A DNA stretch of 32,000 nt from Candidatus Babelota bacterium (GCA_039809905.1 JBDHVY010000001.1:240001-272000), one strand, 5' to 3'; positions 1-9,633 are shown, counted from the first letter of the stretch. Numbers and translations: made by a program. The notes: generated by a model not told the origin, from the sequence alone.

Positions 1-955
1 TTGTTTTACGCAAATAATTGGAAACAGCTGCTTTGACCGCTGCACTGGGCACTTCTTGTTTTATAGCAAGAAAATTAAGACCTGTCGAAAGCAAAGCCAC
101 ATTCTCTATCAGAATAAAGTGCGCACGATCAGCTGATGAAATATTATTTTCAAAATATTTTTCTAGAAAAAAACCAACCTGCTCTTTTGAAAAATGGAAC
201 TTAATTACAGAACATGCAATATCCCAAAAAGGATCACCTAATCCTGCATTACCCCAATCTATGAATTTAATAGTCTTTTCTGAGGTATAAAACAAATTCA
301 TCACATGAATATCATTATGACATGCTTTAGGCTCTATTGTATGCTTTTTGATAGCAGTATTTATTTTATAAACCTCATCTAAAAAGTCATGTAATTCAAT
401 AGAAAACTCAGGATTTTTTTGTATATTGCTTTTTATTTTTTGATCAATACGCTTAAAAATATCAAATTTTACCTGAGAATCTACAGAACCATTATGAATA
501 GTCCTCAATGCACAAGTAAACTGCTCTAGTATCTGCTTATCTTCAAGATGAGCTGGCGACAAATGAGCCCCATCAACAAATTCAATAGCATAACATCCTT
601 CTGCTAGGTTCTCATAAACAACCTTTGGTCCCAATCCTTTTTCTGCTGCCATCCGAGAATATTGGCAATCTTTTTGACACCATTCAACAGAATACGGCTG
701 CTTCATACATCGAAGCACAAATTTGGATGGATTTAGTTCAATAACATACAGACCATCTCCCGACATTCCTCCCAAAAGAGGCTTCACCTTGCCAGAAGCT
801 ATTTCATGCGAAAAAACGTCGCTTGCACTCGCCTGTATATGAACTTTATGTTCGTCTTTTACATTATTATAGCTTAAAACATACTTATCTGACGCATAAA
901 CAGAGAAAACCATTACCTGGAAAAATGCAGCAAAATAAATGACACTTTTATTCAT
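1..955 (-). CDS. Choline kinase / aminoglycoside phosphotransferase-like protein with N-terminal signal peptide (3' end beyond left edge)
   Basis: Minus-strand frame read by hand from ATG at 955: MNKSVIYFAAFFQVMVFSVYASDKYVLSYNNVKDEHKVHIQASASDVFSHEIASGKVKPLLGGMSGDGLYVIELNPSKFVLRCM...; later CHNDIHVMNLFYTSEKTIKFIDWGNAGLGDPFWDIA, matching the APH/choline kinase HxDxxxxN and (I)DW/D motifs. Open to position 1, so the ORF track missed it. Confidence 0.85.
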   Translation of the reverse strand, partial: MNKSVIYFAAFFQVMVFSVYASDKYVLSYNNVKDEHKVHIQASASDVFSHEIASGKVKPLLGGMSGDGLYVIELNPSKFVLRCMKQPYSVEWCQKDCQYSRMAAEKGLGPKVVYENLAEGCYAIEFVDGAHLSPAHLEDKQILEQFTCALRTIHNGSVDSQVKFDIFKRIDQKIKSNIQKNPEFSIELHDFLDEVYKINTAIKKHTIEPKACHNDIHVMNLFYTSEKTIKFIDWGNAGLGDPFWDIACSVIKFHFSKEQVGFFLEKYFENNISSADRAHFILIENVALLSTGLNFLAIKQEVPSAAVKAAVSNYLRKT

Positions 956-1029
956 ATCAAGCTCCTAAAAGAATTACTTTATATATCCTAATAGTAACGC
1001 TTATGAAAAAAGTGTCAATTAACAAAGTC

Positions 1030-2613
1030 TTATACTTTTTTTGTATTATGGTGATAATAGCAATGAAATGCTACAAATAAAAGCTCCATAACTATCGCAC
1101 CAATAAGAAAAGACAATAACAAATGATGTTTTATATTATTTTCGATAAATAATCCTACAGCAAGAAATGATACTAGAGTACCAATTATCACGGGAATCAC
1201 ATATCCCAACTGACTTCGTGCATGTTCAATTGCTCCTATACCAGCACTGGTCGCAGTCATAATGGTAGTTTCAGCAAAAGGAGAAATGTGATTGCCGCAT
1301 GCAGCGCCTGAAAGCACTGCTCCTATTGAAGGGAATAATAACGAAATCTGATCAGATGTAACAGGAATATTCAGCTGGAGCAACGATATCAACATTTCTA
1401 TGGTAATAGGTATCAATATTGAAAACGTTCCCCATGCAGAACCCGTAGTAAGCGTTATAATCAGAGACACTACAAACAACATCACCGGAATGAAACACAA
1501 AGAAACATTACCAATCAATAGTGATGCAAGATACGTCCCGGTATGCAAATGAGATGATAAAAAGCTACCCAAAACTGATGCTAAAATGACCATCATAATA
1601 GAAGATCTCATAGCAAGAAAACCTTGATACACAATCAAAGGCAATTGAGAAACAGTTATCATTTTTTTAGATAAAGACAGTACAAAACTTGCAATAAATG
1701 AAATTGATCCTGCAATCAATAATACCAAAAACGTTTTATTATTTGATTTGAACGCATCTAAGAAGGAATTATTTCCTCCAAAAGCATGGTAATTACCAGC
1801 ATAAAGCATACCGATAATAACACCGCTCAGCAGCAAGAAAATAGGCAATAACAATTCAATTAAAGAGCCATCTTTTTGTGATGCAATCATATGATCAGAT
1901 TCATCTTGTATTGATTGCGCATTATTTTCATCATTGCCGATCATCCCATAACGCATTCTTGTCATCACGATAAATAGCACAGAAATAAGCGTCAAAAACG
2001 AATAAAAAACAAAAGGAATTGTTGCAACATACACATAAAATGAATCTGCTACAATAACATGTGGTGCATTAAGATGCACTCCTGCATTATCAAGCTGTGC
2101 TAATATTGCTGCAGCCCATGTTGATATCGGTACAATAATAACCAAAGGCCCAGCCAATGCATGCATAATATATGCGAGTTTTGTTCGCGCAACAGCAAGT
2201 CTATCTGATAGCGGCTTCATGACAAAACCAACGGTTAAAATACTCAGATAATCATCAATACTCAGCAAAAAAGATAATCCTACAGCCAAAAGCTCTACAC
2301 TGCGTTTGGTGCGCATTTTTTTTGCAATAATTCTGGCACATCCTGCAGCACCACCCGTAACTGTTAGCAATGTCACTAACGAACTAATAATGATAAGAAA
2401 TAAATATAAACAAATATTATCACTATCAGTAAGATGAGACACACCCTTTTCTGCGCATAACAAAAGAGCAGGAATAACATGCCATTGTGTAGCAATCAAA
2501 CTTGCAACAATAATTCCAAGAGCAAGAGAAATATTAAGCTGCTGAGTAACACAGACAACAACTATAACAAGCAATGGTGGCAATAAAGAAACCCAAGTAC
2601 TATTCATGAACAT
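1030..2613 (-). CDS. nhaC: Na+/H+ antiporter, NhaC family
   Basis: 527 aa multi-pass membrane protein; motifs such as LSIDDYLSILTVG, STWAAAI, GSAWGTFSILIPI and GAACGNHISPFAETTIM are typical of NhaC-like antiporters. Confidence 0.8.
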   Translation of the reverse strand: MFMNSTWVSLLPPLLVIVVVCVTQQLNISLALGIIVASLIATQWHVIPALLLCAEKGVSHLTDSDNICLYLFLIIISSLVTLLTVTGGAAGCARIIAKKMRTKRSVELLAVGLSFLLSIDDYLSILTVGFVMKPLSDRLAVARTKLAYIMHALAGPLVIIVPISTWAAAILAQLDNAGVHLNAPHVIVADSFYVYVATIPFVFYSFLTLISVLFIVMTRMRYGMIGNDENNAQSIQDESDHMIASQKDGSLIELLLPIFLLLSGVIIGMLYAGNYHAFGGNNSFLDAFKSNNKTFLVLLIAGSISFIASFVLSLSKKMITVSQLPLIVYQGFLAMRSSIMMVILASVLGSFLSSHLHTGTYLASLLIGNVSLCFIPVMLFVVSLIITLTTGSAWGTFSILIPITIEMLISLLQLNIPVTSDQISLLFPSIGAVLSGAACGNHISPFAETTIMTATSAGIGAIEHARSQLGYVIPVIIGTLVSFLAVGLFIENNIKHHLLLSFLIGAIVMELLFVAFHCYYHHNTKKV

Positions 2614-2648
2614 CCTTATCGTTAAGGAATGTCATCACGATAACACTC

Positions 2649-4007
2649 CTAATTAAATTCATCACCTTCATCATCCTCATCATACCATTCATCATCTTCG
2701 TCAGATTCTTGATTGTTTTCATCTAACGCTTCTTGAACTATTTTTTCAATATCTTTAATTTCTTTAGGTAAATTTTCGCTCAAACAAACAGCTCCATCTT
2801 TAGTTATCCAATAGTCATCTTCAATACGAATACCTATACCTTCTGCTGCAATATAAATTCCTGGCTCTATAGTAATAACATCGCCTTCATGCAATGGCAC
2901 ACGGTAATCACCTACATCATGCACATCAAGTCCCAAAAAGTGCCCGATTCCATGCGGAAAATATTTGTCATACCCACGTTGCGCCAAGAATTTTACTGCT
3001 AAATGATGAAGTGATTTATCAACATTATCTTTATTTTTAAGCCACATACCAGGCTTTGCCAATGAAGCTATATATTCTTGAGTATCCAAAACAATTTGAT
3101 AAAGTTCTTTTTGGCGCTTAGAAAATGTTCCTGAAACTGGGTATGTTCTGGTAAGATCAGCACAATAGTTATTATATTCAGCACCAATATCAACAACAAC
3201 TATATCTCCATTTTTCAATGTGCCGCTATTTTGATGATAGTGTAAAATAGTACTATTTCTGCCACCAGCAACAATACTTGGAAATGATGGACGAGCTTGC
3301 GATACCGTCATGATATATTCAAGCGATGCCTGTATTTCATTTTCCGTAACTCTATCTTTGAGTGCTTGAACTGCTGCTTCATGAGCAAGTTCTGTAATTT
3401 CTACTGCTCGATAAAGCTGTTCAATTTCACTCACGTCTTTACGGCGTCTGCTTTGTGCAACGATAGGAGAAATATCTACAATCGATGCTGCAAGATCAGG
3501 AACAAATTTTTGAAGATAATCAAACGTGGAACGAGTGGTGGTATACAAGAATGCTTTTTTTGCGATCACATCTTTAATACGCGTAATCATGTGAGCATAT
3601 TCATGTTCATCAAAATAAGAATTCAATTCATAACCAGCAGTCTCATCACCTAATAGTTCTACTGCATCAACACCCAATGCTTTTGCATCACGCTTTAACA
3701 ACGCTTCTGGGATTACCATCCATTGAGCACGTTTTTCAAAATAGTTCGGAAAATATAATGTTGATTTTCCGTGCAAATCAATAACAAGAACAGCTCCTGG
3801 CTCATTAATACCAGTATAATAAAAAAATGTTTTATCTTGCCTAAAACGCTCTGATCCTTGTTCAAAAGCCGCAAACAATACAACAATGCCATCATTATTA
3901 TGCGAATATTCTGTTTTTATTGTTTCAATCAGCTCTTTACGCCGTAATCCGTAAACACCACTTTCATCGGTACGCGGTGCTAATCCACCAAAAAAATCTG
4001 TTTTCAT
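2649..4007 (-). CDS. pepP: Xaa-Pro aminopeptidase (M24B) with acidic C-terminal tail
   Basis: 452 aa; AMP_N-like N-terminus and M24 metal-site motifs VDIGAEYNNYCADLTRTYPV, GIGHFLGLDVHD, VITIEPGIY, GIRIEDDY; tail ESDEDDEWYDEDDEGDEFN. Confidence 0.9.
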   Translation of the reverse strand: MKTDFFGGLAPRTDESGVYGLRRKELIETIKTEYSHNNDGIVVLFAAFEQGSERFRQDKTFFYYTGINEPGAVLVIDLHGKSTLYFPNYFEKRAQWMVIPEALLKRDAKALGVDAVELLGDETAGYELNSYFDEHEYAHMITRIKDVIAKKAFLYTTTRSTFDYLQKFVPDLAASIVDISPIVAQSRRRKDVSEIEQLYRAVEITELAHEAAVQALKDRVTENEIQASLEYIMTVSQARPSFPSIVAGGRNSTILHYHQNSGTLKNGDIVVVDIGAEYNNYCADLTRTYPVSGTFSKRQKELYQIVLDTQEYIASLAKPGMWLKNKDNVDKSLHHLAVKFLAQRGYDKYFPHGIGHFLGLDVHDVGDYRVPLHEGDVITIEPGIYIAAEGIGIRIEDDYWITKDGAVCLSENLPKEIKDIEKIVQEALDENNQESDEDDEWYDEDDEGDEFN

Positions 4008-4067
4008 GTAAAAACCTTACAATCGTAAAAAACATGTTCTGTTAATTTTGTTTTGCCAAGCTCTTTT

Positions 4068-4133
4068 GCGCTCACCCTGAACCTGTTGAAGGGCTAAGCG
4101 CGCTTTATTCTTCAACAAGTTCAGAATTAGCGC
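4068..4133. repeat. Intergenic palindromic element (24-nt arms, 20/24 complementary, 18-nt loop)
   Basis: Arm1 4068..4091 gcgctcaccctgaacctgttgaag; arm2 4110..4133 cttcaacaagttcagaattagcgc. A 21-nt core (4106..4126) occurs in reverse complement at 27538..27558. Confidence 0.75.
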
Positions 4134-4184
4134 GCGATAAAAAACTATATTTTACATCAAGACACAACCAAAAAAGTTCACATA

Positions 4185-4787
4185 TCAAAATGGACGTCGT
4201 TCTGATAACGCCTTAAACACCGTCAACCTATCCATACCTTCAAGTGAAGATCCCACGGGCAAACCCCGAGCAAGACAGGAAATTGTTATAGCTATTCCTT
4301 TAAGTTTGCGAGCAATATACGTAGCAGTTGCTTCACCTTCAGGAGTTTGATTAGTTGCTAAAATAACTTCTTTAATAATTCCATTCTTTGCGCGAACAAT
4401 AAGCGCATCAATGGTAAGATCTTCTGGCCCTATTCCTTCAAGAGGAGAAATTGATCCACCCAATACATGATAAACACCCAAATATCCTTTTGTTTTTTCT
4501 ATGGCAAGAATCTCCTGCCATGTTTCAACAACACAGACGATTGTTTGATCTCGCTTGGAAGATGCGCAAAATACACAGCCTTCAGACACCTCTTGCCAAT
4601 AAAAACAATTTTCACATTTTTTTAATCGTTTTTTTGCAGATTCTAACGTTGCACAAAATTGTGCTATCTGTTGAGGTTCCATTTCCAAAAAATGTGCTGC
4701 AACACGATATATGTTTTTTGATGCAAGATAAGGAACTTGGTGTAAAGCTTTTAATAAATGAGCAAGCGTTGGCAAATTTTCTAACAT
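4185..4787 (-). CDS. recR: Recombination protein RecR
   Basis: 200 aa; helix-hairpin-helix N-terminus, C4 zinc cluster (CENC...CVFC), Toprim-like CVVETWQEILAIEKT, YHVLGGSISPLEGIGPEDL, ATNQTPEGEATATYI. Confidence 0.93.
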   Translation of the reverse strand: MLENLPTLAHLLKALHQVPYLASKNIYRVAAHFLEMEPQQIAQFCATLESAKKRLKKCENCFYWQEVSEGCVFCASSKRDQTIVCVVETWQEILAIEKTKGYLGVYHVLGGSISPLEGIGPEDLTIDALIVRAKNGIIKEVILATNQTPEGEATATYIARKLKGIAITISCLARGLPVGSSLEGMDRLTVFKALSERRPF

Positions 4788-4789
4788 AT

Positions 4790-6355
4790 TTATACCAACT
4801 TAAAATATTGCATCAACTTTGATTGAATAAAGCCAAAAACTCTGCTTGACCAAATATAGAGCGTTAGCCCTGCAGAAAAGCTTGCGGTGAAGGCACCAAA
4901 AACAAATGCCATCATTATTTTGCTCATTCTTTGTTGCGGATCACCTTTGGTATCTTGGATAAGCATTGTTACCGTAACTAAAATAGGCAAAATGAAATAA
5001 GGATCTCGTAATGAAAGATCAGGAATCCATAACATTGGAGCTTTATACAATTCAAATGAACTAGAAAGCACACGACTTAATGCAAAAAAGAGTGGTAGTT
5101 GGATTAATAATGGTACCAAACATCCAATGCCTGGCAATCCATTTTTACGTATTAACTCAGTTTTTTCTGCAAGCAACTGCTCTGGTTGATCTTTAAATCG
5201 CTGTTCTATGTATGCCAATTGTCTTTGGTATTCCATTTGCTGCTTTTTAAATTTTTCTTCGCTATTTCGCAGCGAAACTGGCAACAATAAAATTTGAATT
5301 AACAATGTTAATGCAATAATCGCCAATCCATAATTATCAAGATACTTATAAAACCAATTCAAAATATACAGCATTAATTTTGCAAGCGAGGAAAGAATTC
5401 CGGAATAATCAAGAGTTTTTTCGAGACGAGTATCAACAGCAGCAATCGCATTTAATTCTTTTGGACCAAAATAAAATGACAATTTCCATGATGCTTTTTC
5501 TGCTATTGCAGGTCCTTCGAGAATAGAGAACAAACGAGTTCTATTTTCTAACTTATAATAAGCTCGTTGCGCAAAATGATTTTCATCTTGAATGAGCGCA
5601 TGAATAAAATAACGATCATCGGTACCAAACAATTCAGGTTTAAACCAACCTCTTGCCACATCAAGCTGAGCAACAGATTTTTTTTCAAAAACATCATTCT
5701 GATCAATTACCATTGATGAAATAATATCATTTTCCTTCAGATCAGGCATGATCGGCGCAGAAAATATAAGACGAGGCTCTATACGCAAGTCTTTATCATG
5801 TTTTGGTATAACTTCTAACAATAAATCAATCTTGGGATTATTTTTATCAATAATAAATGTTTTTTGAATAACACACTCATCGTTTTCACTCGCATATACA
5901 ATTTCATGTTGGATATCTGTTGTTTCTACCGAATGGAGTGTGTAATAAAACGGAGTTTGATCTTGCAATCCTACTAAAAAGCAGCGATTTTCACGCTCAG
6001 TATCGGTTACAGGAAATATCGTGCGAATAGTTTCCATTTTTCCATCAGACTCACGTTTAAAATCAATACTATCAAGCGATGCGCCATCTGTTGAAAAATG
6101 TAATGAGGCCCAATCAGTTTCAATAGCTGTTATTTTGTGCGCAGAAGTGCGTTTTTGATCAAAAAAATCAATTTCTACATTGAGCGGCTTATATTCTTTT
6201 TTTTCTCGTGGCGCTATAAATGTAGTTTCTGCTGTTTCTTTTGTAGAATTACCCGGAAAAAAATAATTTAATGTGACTACCATCACCAATGCAAAACCTA
6301 TTGGCATCACCAAGTCTCTCATATTCATATGCACACCTTTCACTTCAACTTGCAA
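4790..6355 (-). CDS. yidC: Membrane protein insertase YidC/Oxa1
   Basis: 521 aa; N-terminal TM, periplasmic beta domain, C-terminal YidC core (NWFYKYLDNYGLAIIALTLLIQILLLPV, GIGCLVPLLIQLPLFFALSRVL). Alternative start possible at MNMRDLVMPIGF. Its stop lies 2 nt from the recR start. Confidence 0.93.
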   Translation of the reverse strand: MQVEVKGVHMNMRDLVMPIGFALVMVVTLNYFFPGNSTKETAETTFIAPREKKEYKPLNVEIDFFDQKRTSAHKITAIETDWASLHFSTDGASLDSIDFKRESDGKMETIRTIFPVTDTERENRCFLVGLQDQTPFYYTLHSVETTDIQHEIVYASENDECVIQKTFIIDKNNPKIDLLLEVIPKHDKDLRIEPRLIFSAPIMPDLKENDIISSMVIDQNDVFEKKSVAQLDVARGWFKPELFGTDDRYFIHALIQDENHFAQRAYYKLENRTRLFSILEGPAIAEKASWKLSFYFGPKELNAIAAVDTRLEKTLDYSGILSSLAKLMLYILNWFYKYLDNYGLAIIALTLLIQILLLPVSLRNSEEKFKKQQMEYQRQLAYIEQRFKDQPEQLLAEKTELIRKNGLPGIGCLVPLLIQLPLFFALSRVLSSSFELYKAPMLWIPDLSLRDPYFILPILVTVTMLIQDTKGDPQQRMSKIMMAFVFGAFTASFSAGLTLYIWSSRVFGFIQSKLMQYFKLV

Positions 6356-6482
6356 TTGACTAATTCAGCATATTGATGATACCATGAAAATAGTTTTTCA
6401 TCTAGGGCACTACAGAACTTTAACCCAATAAAGATAGTGCACCAAAAAACAGTATCCACGTTAAAAAAAAGGATGAGTTACT

Positions 6483-6881
6483 ATGAAAATGCAAAAAAGA
6501 AAATTTCGCATCGGTGAGTTAGCAGATAAGCTTAAACTTGAACGTTTTGTTGTACGTTTTTGGGAAAAAGAGTTTAGTATAAAAACAAAACGCTCTCAAG
6601 GAAGTCAGCGTTTTTATGACGAAAATGATTTAAAGAAATTTGAACTTATCAAGCAACTTCTTTATGAAGAAGGTTTCACCATCGTTGGCGCTAAAAAGAA
6701 ACTTAAAGAAAAATCTTCATCAAAATCAGAGTCTATCATCGCATCCCAAAAAACAACCATGGAAGATTCTGCTAAAACCACAAAAACTGTTGCCTCTGAA
6801 GAAAATGAAAAAATCGAGCATCTTTCACAGCAAATTATTGATTTAAAGAATAAGTTACGCAAATTACGAGAAATGCTCTGA
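6483..6881 (+). CDS. MerR-family HTH transcriptional regulator
   Basis: 132 aa; FRIGELADKLKLERFVVRFWEKEFSIKTKRSQGSQRFYDENDLKKFELIKQLLYEEGFTIVGAKKKL matches the MerR winged HTH, followed by a coiled coil. Confidence 0.85.
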   Translation: MKMQKRKFRIGELADKLKLERFVVRFWEKEFSIKTKRSQGSQRFYDENDLKKFELIKQLLYEEGFTIVGAKKKLKEKSSSKSESIIASQKTTMEDSAKTTKTVASEENEKIEHLSQQIIDLKNKLRKLREML

Positions 6882-6951
6882 TTGCACATTGTTTGTTGTA
6901 TAAAAATAGGCTATCTTATGATGGATTAACACTCTTTTATACAACAAAATC

Positions 6952-8355
6952 ATGTACAAAAAAAATTTACATATTCATTTTGTAGGCATTGGCGGTATTG
7001 GCATGAGTGGCATTGCAATGATTTTAAAACAGCAAGGCTACACTATTTCTGGGTGTGATCCTGATTTTAATCAAGATACTATCACACACCTCATGCAACT
7101 TGGTTGTGCAGTATATCATGGGAATAATTCTACTGCTTGCAATGATGATTCTATCGATATACTTGTATACATTCCCATGTATGCAACCAGTATTACTGCC
7201 GTAACATTAGAAATTGAGCGCGCACAAATACGTGGCATACCAACAATTTCCCGAGCATGCATGCTTGCAGAATTGATGCGCACAAAATACAGCATAGCAA
7301 TTGCCGGCGCACACGGAAAAACAACCACAACATCACTCATTTCTCATATTTTAATTGAGTCTCACCTGGATCCAACCGTTGTTATTGGCGGTCAATTAAA
7401 AAACATTTCATCTCATGTATACAAAGGAAACGGAGATTTTTTAGTTGCAGAAGCAGATGAAAGCGATCGATCTTTTTTAGAACTTTTTCCTACTCTTGCT
7501 GTTATCACTAATATTGATCTAGAACATCTGGAAACATACACCGATCTTGATGATATCAAACATGCCTTTACACAATTCATTAGTAATCTTCCTTTTTATG
7601 GCAAAGCAATTATTTGCATTGATGATGAAAACATACGTTCACTTTTTCCCATGAAACAAGTGAAAACCGTATCTTATGGCATAGAATATCCCGCTGATTT
7701 TTATGCTCGAGATATTATTCTTAACGTTGACCATTCTTTTTTTACCGTATACAAAAAAAACAGTTCTAAACCACTCGGCACAATTATGCTCCCTATGCCA
7801 GGCAAACATAATGTATATAATTGTTTAGGCGCTATTGCTCTTGCACACGAACTTGAAATTCCTTTTGAAGCGATTGCACAAAAAATTCAAACATTTGGTG
7901 GAATTGAAAGACGATTTTCGTTTCGTGGTATTTACAAAGGAGCTGAAGTTTTTGATGATTATGGACATCATCCCAAAGAAATTGAGAACACATTACTTGT
8001 TGCCCGCAAACGGGCAAAAAACAAACTTATCGTTATATTTCAACCTCATCGCTATACCCGTACCCAAAAGCTATGGGATCAATTTTTATCTATTTTTACG
8101 CAAAGCGCTATCGATCAACTTATTATTACCGATATCCATTCGGCAGGCGAACACCCTATTGATTCAATTAGTAGCAAACGCTTAGTTGAAGAGATCCAAT
8201 CGCTCAATTCATCATTTTCTGTTTCATACATACCTTTTGAAGAATCTTTCAGCTGTATCAAAGAATCGATATCACGATCTACTCAAGCACATGACCTTAT
8301 ATTATTTCTTGGAGCAGGAAAAGTATATCAAGTCGCTCACGAAATAGCCAAATAA
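6952..8355 (+). CDS. murC: UDP-N-acetylmuramate--L-alanine ligase
   Basis: 467 aa; FVGIGGIGMSGIAMIL, AGAHGKTTTTSLISHIL, EADESDRSFLELFP, GGIERRFSFRG, DDYGHHPKEI, FQPHRYTRT. Confidence 0.95.
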   Translation: MYKKNLHIHFVGIGGIGMSGIAMILKQQGYTISGCDPDFNQDTITHLMQLGCAVYHGNNSTACNDDSIDILVYIPMYATSITAVTLEIERAQIRGIPTISRACMLAELMRTKYSIAIAGAHGKTTTTSLISHILIESHLDPTVVIGGQLKNISSHVYKGNGDFLVAEADESDRSFLELFPTLAVITNIDLEHLETYTDLDDIKHAFTQFISNLPFYGKAIICIDDENIRSLFPMKQVKTVSYGIEYPADFYARDIILNVDHSFFTVYKKNSSKPLGTIMLPMPGKHNVYNCLGAIALAHELEIPFEAIAQKIQTFGGIERRFSFRGIYKGAEVFDDYGHHPKEIENTLLVARKRAKNKLIVIFQPHRYTRTQKLWDQFLSIFTQSAIDQLIITDIHSAGEHPIDSISSKRLVEEIQSLNSSFSVSYIPFEESFSCIKESISRSTQAHDLILFLGAGKVYQVAHEIAK

Positions 8356-8406
8356 CTCATCCAATCATTCATTCACACCTCCTTTTGTTAAAAAAATAGT
8401 AAACCA

Positions 8407-8436
8407 TTGCCATTCGAGAGTTTCTATTTGTAATAT
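8407..8436 (+). promoter_or_regulatory. Candidate sigma70-type promoter for the small exported protein cassette
   Basis: TTGCCA (8407..8412), 18-nt spacer, TAATAT (8431..8436), overlapping TATTAT at 8434..8439; about 45 nt upstream of the ATG at 8479. Confidence 0.4.
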
Positions 8437-8478
8437 TATAGAGAATATATAAGTACTTATAATAAAGGAGATTTTTTT

Positions 8479-8751
8479 ATGATGAACAAAAAATTAATTG
8501 CTCTTTTAGTAGCAATTGTAACCGCAAATACATCTATGTTTGCGCTTATTGATGATGTGCTTCGAACTACTGGACGCGCTACAGAAGGATTTGTAAACGC
8601 TCCTCGTGATATCGCTACAGGTGGAGAAACTCGTAGAGAAAGACATGACCGCTATAAAAAAGAAGATGCCGAAAGACGTCAACAAGAACGCGCACGTCGT
8701 TCTGATGACCAATATTATAGACCAGCTGTAGAGCCATATGATGGTGAATAA
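8479..8751 (+). CDS. Small exported charged protein, unknown function
   Basis: 90 aa; signal peptide MMNKKLIALLVAIVTANTSMFA then highly charged RRERHDRYKKEDAERRQQERARR; upstream aaaggag. Confidence 0.65.
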   Translation: MMNKKLIALLVAIVTANTSMFALIDDVLRTTGRATEGFVNAPRDIATGGETRRERHDRYKKEDAERRQQERARRSDDQYYRPAVEPYDGE

Positions 8752-9010
8752 AAAGCTAACTTATTTTGTGGCAATCATTTTTATTGCATTCCCATTATCG
8801 GCGACTTTTTATCGCGACAATAATGGTAAATGGTATTTGCATGATGAAAAAACAGATACCTATAAAGAATTGTTTACCACAAAAAATACCAGTGATTTTC
8901 GTTATAAAGAACGAAAATATCCTTACCAGCAAAAATCTGATTACACATCGCTGGCAAGTGATCGATCTTACGTTGATCAAACAAATAGAAATATGGGAAA
9001 TAATAGATAA
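8738..9010 (+). CDS. Small exported protein, unknown function
   Basis: 90 aa; signal peptide MMVNKKLTYFVAIIFIAFPLSA; start overlaps the preceding gene by 14 nt. Confidence 0.6.
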   Translation: MMVNKKLTYFVAIIFIAFPLSATFYRDNNGKWYLHDEKTDTYKELFTTKNTSDFRYKERKYPYQQKSDYTSLASDRSYVDQTNRNMGNNR

Positions 9011-9025
9011 AAAAGGAGATTTCTT

Positions 9026-9199
9026 ATGAAAAGCAATAAACACATAATTGCTCTTTTGGCAACCATCGTAACTTTTACTGTAATAGCATCAGATTACCAA
9101 GAAGATATGCAAGAAATGAGCGATTCATCTAACAATGGTATGAGCGAAGAAGAAGAAACAGAAGAAACGGTAAAAACTGAAGATATGGAACAAGAATAA
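9026..9199 (+). CDS. Small exported acidic protein, unknown function (absent from ORF track)
   Basis: 57 aa read by hand: MKSNKHIIALLATIVTFTVIASDYQEDMQEMSDSSNNGMSEEEETEETVKTEDMEQE*; preceded by aaaaaggagatttctt. Confidence 0.6.
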   Translation: MKSNKHIIALLATIVTFTVIASDYQEDMQEMSDSSNNGMSEEEETEETVKTEDMEQE

Positions 9200-9219
9200 T
9201 ATAAAAAAGGAAATAAATA

Positions 9220-9567
9220 ATGAAGTTAACGAACACATTAGCACTTTTTATATTTACTTGTTTAACAATTTCTTATCTACCAATTAATGGCTTTTATAAT
9301 GATGGATATCCAAGCAATGCTTTATCCGGTGCTGCAATTGGTGGTCTTGCTGGTGGTAGAAAAGGTGCTGCAATTGGTTTAGGTGTCGGCATGGGTGCCG
9401 ATATGATTGGCGCAGCAGCTCGAGATGATCGTCGACGCCGCCGATATGACGATGATGATTATTATAATTCCCGTTATCGTTCTAGACGACCAAGCCGTAG
9501 AGATCTTGAAAATGAAAATGCTGACTTAAGACAGAGATTACAGCAGTACGAAGCTACTCAACAATAA
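9220..9567 (+). CDS. Small exported glycine-zipper protein with Arg/Asp-rich segment and C-terminal coiled coil
   Basis: 115 aa; signal peptide, SGAAIGGLAGGRKGAAIGLGVGMGADMIG glycine zipper, then DDRRRRRYDDDDYY and ENENADLRQRLQQYE. Confidence 0.7.
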   Translation: MKLTNTLALFIFTCLTISYLPINGFYNDGYPSNALSGAAIGGLAGGRKGAAIGLGVGMGADMIGAAARDDRRRRRYDDDDYYNSRYRSRRPSRRDLENENADLRQRLQQYEATQQ

Positions 9568-9591
9568 AAATCTCTCATCCCAACCTCTTAT

Positions 9592-9620
9592 GGGCGAGCA
9601 TATATTGCTCGCCCCTTTTT
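9592..9620 (+). terminator. Rho-independent terminator
   Basis: Perfect 9-bp GC-rich stem gggcgagca / tatat loop / tgctcgccc (9592..9614), then cttttt. Confidence 0.85.
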
Positions 9621-9633
9621 ATAACAAATTATC

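Noticed and set aside
18-290. ORF track + strand 90 aa ORF
   Set aside because: Antisense to the APH/choline-kinase-like frame, which has recognisable catalytic motifs; no leader or family match for the + strand product.
3297-3895. ORFs 3297..3653 (+) and 3713..3895 (-)
   Set aside because: Both lie inside the well-supported pepP gene in other frames.
4451-4822. + strand 123 aa ORF
   Set aside because: Antisense to recR; composition typical of shadow ORFs.
6640-8185. ORFs 6640..6846, 6662..6889, 7116..7340, 7832..8017, 7835..8185
   Set aside because: Overlap the MerR and murC genes in alternative frames, with no independent support.
8506-9043. ORFs 8506..8712 (-), 8766..9029 (+), 8795..9043 (-)
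   Set aside because: Overlap the small exported protein genes, which have better start sites and leaders.
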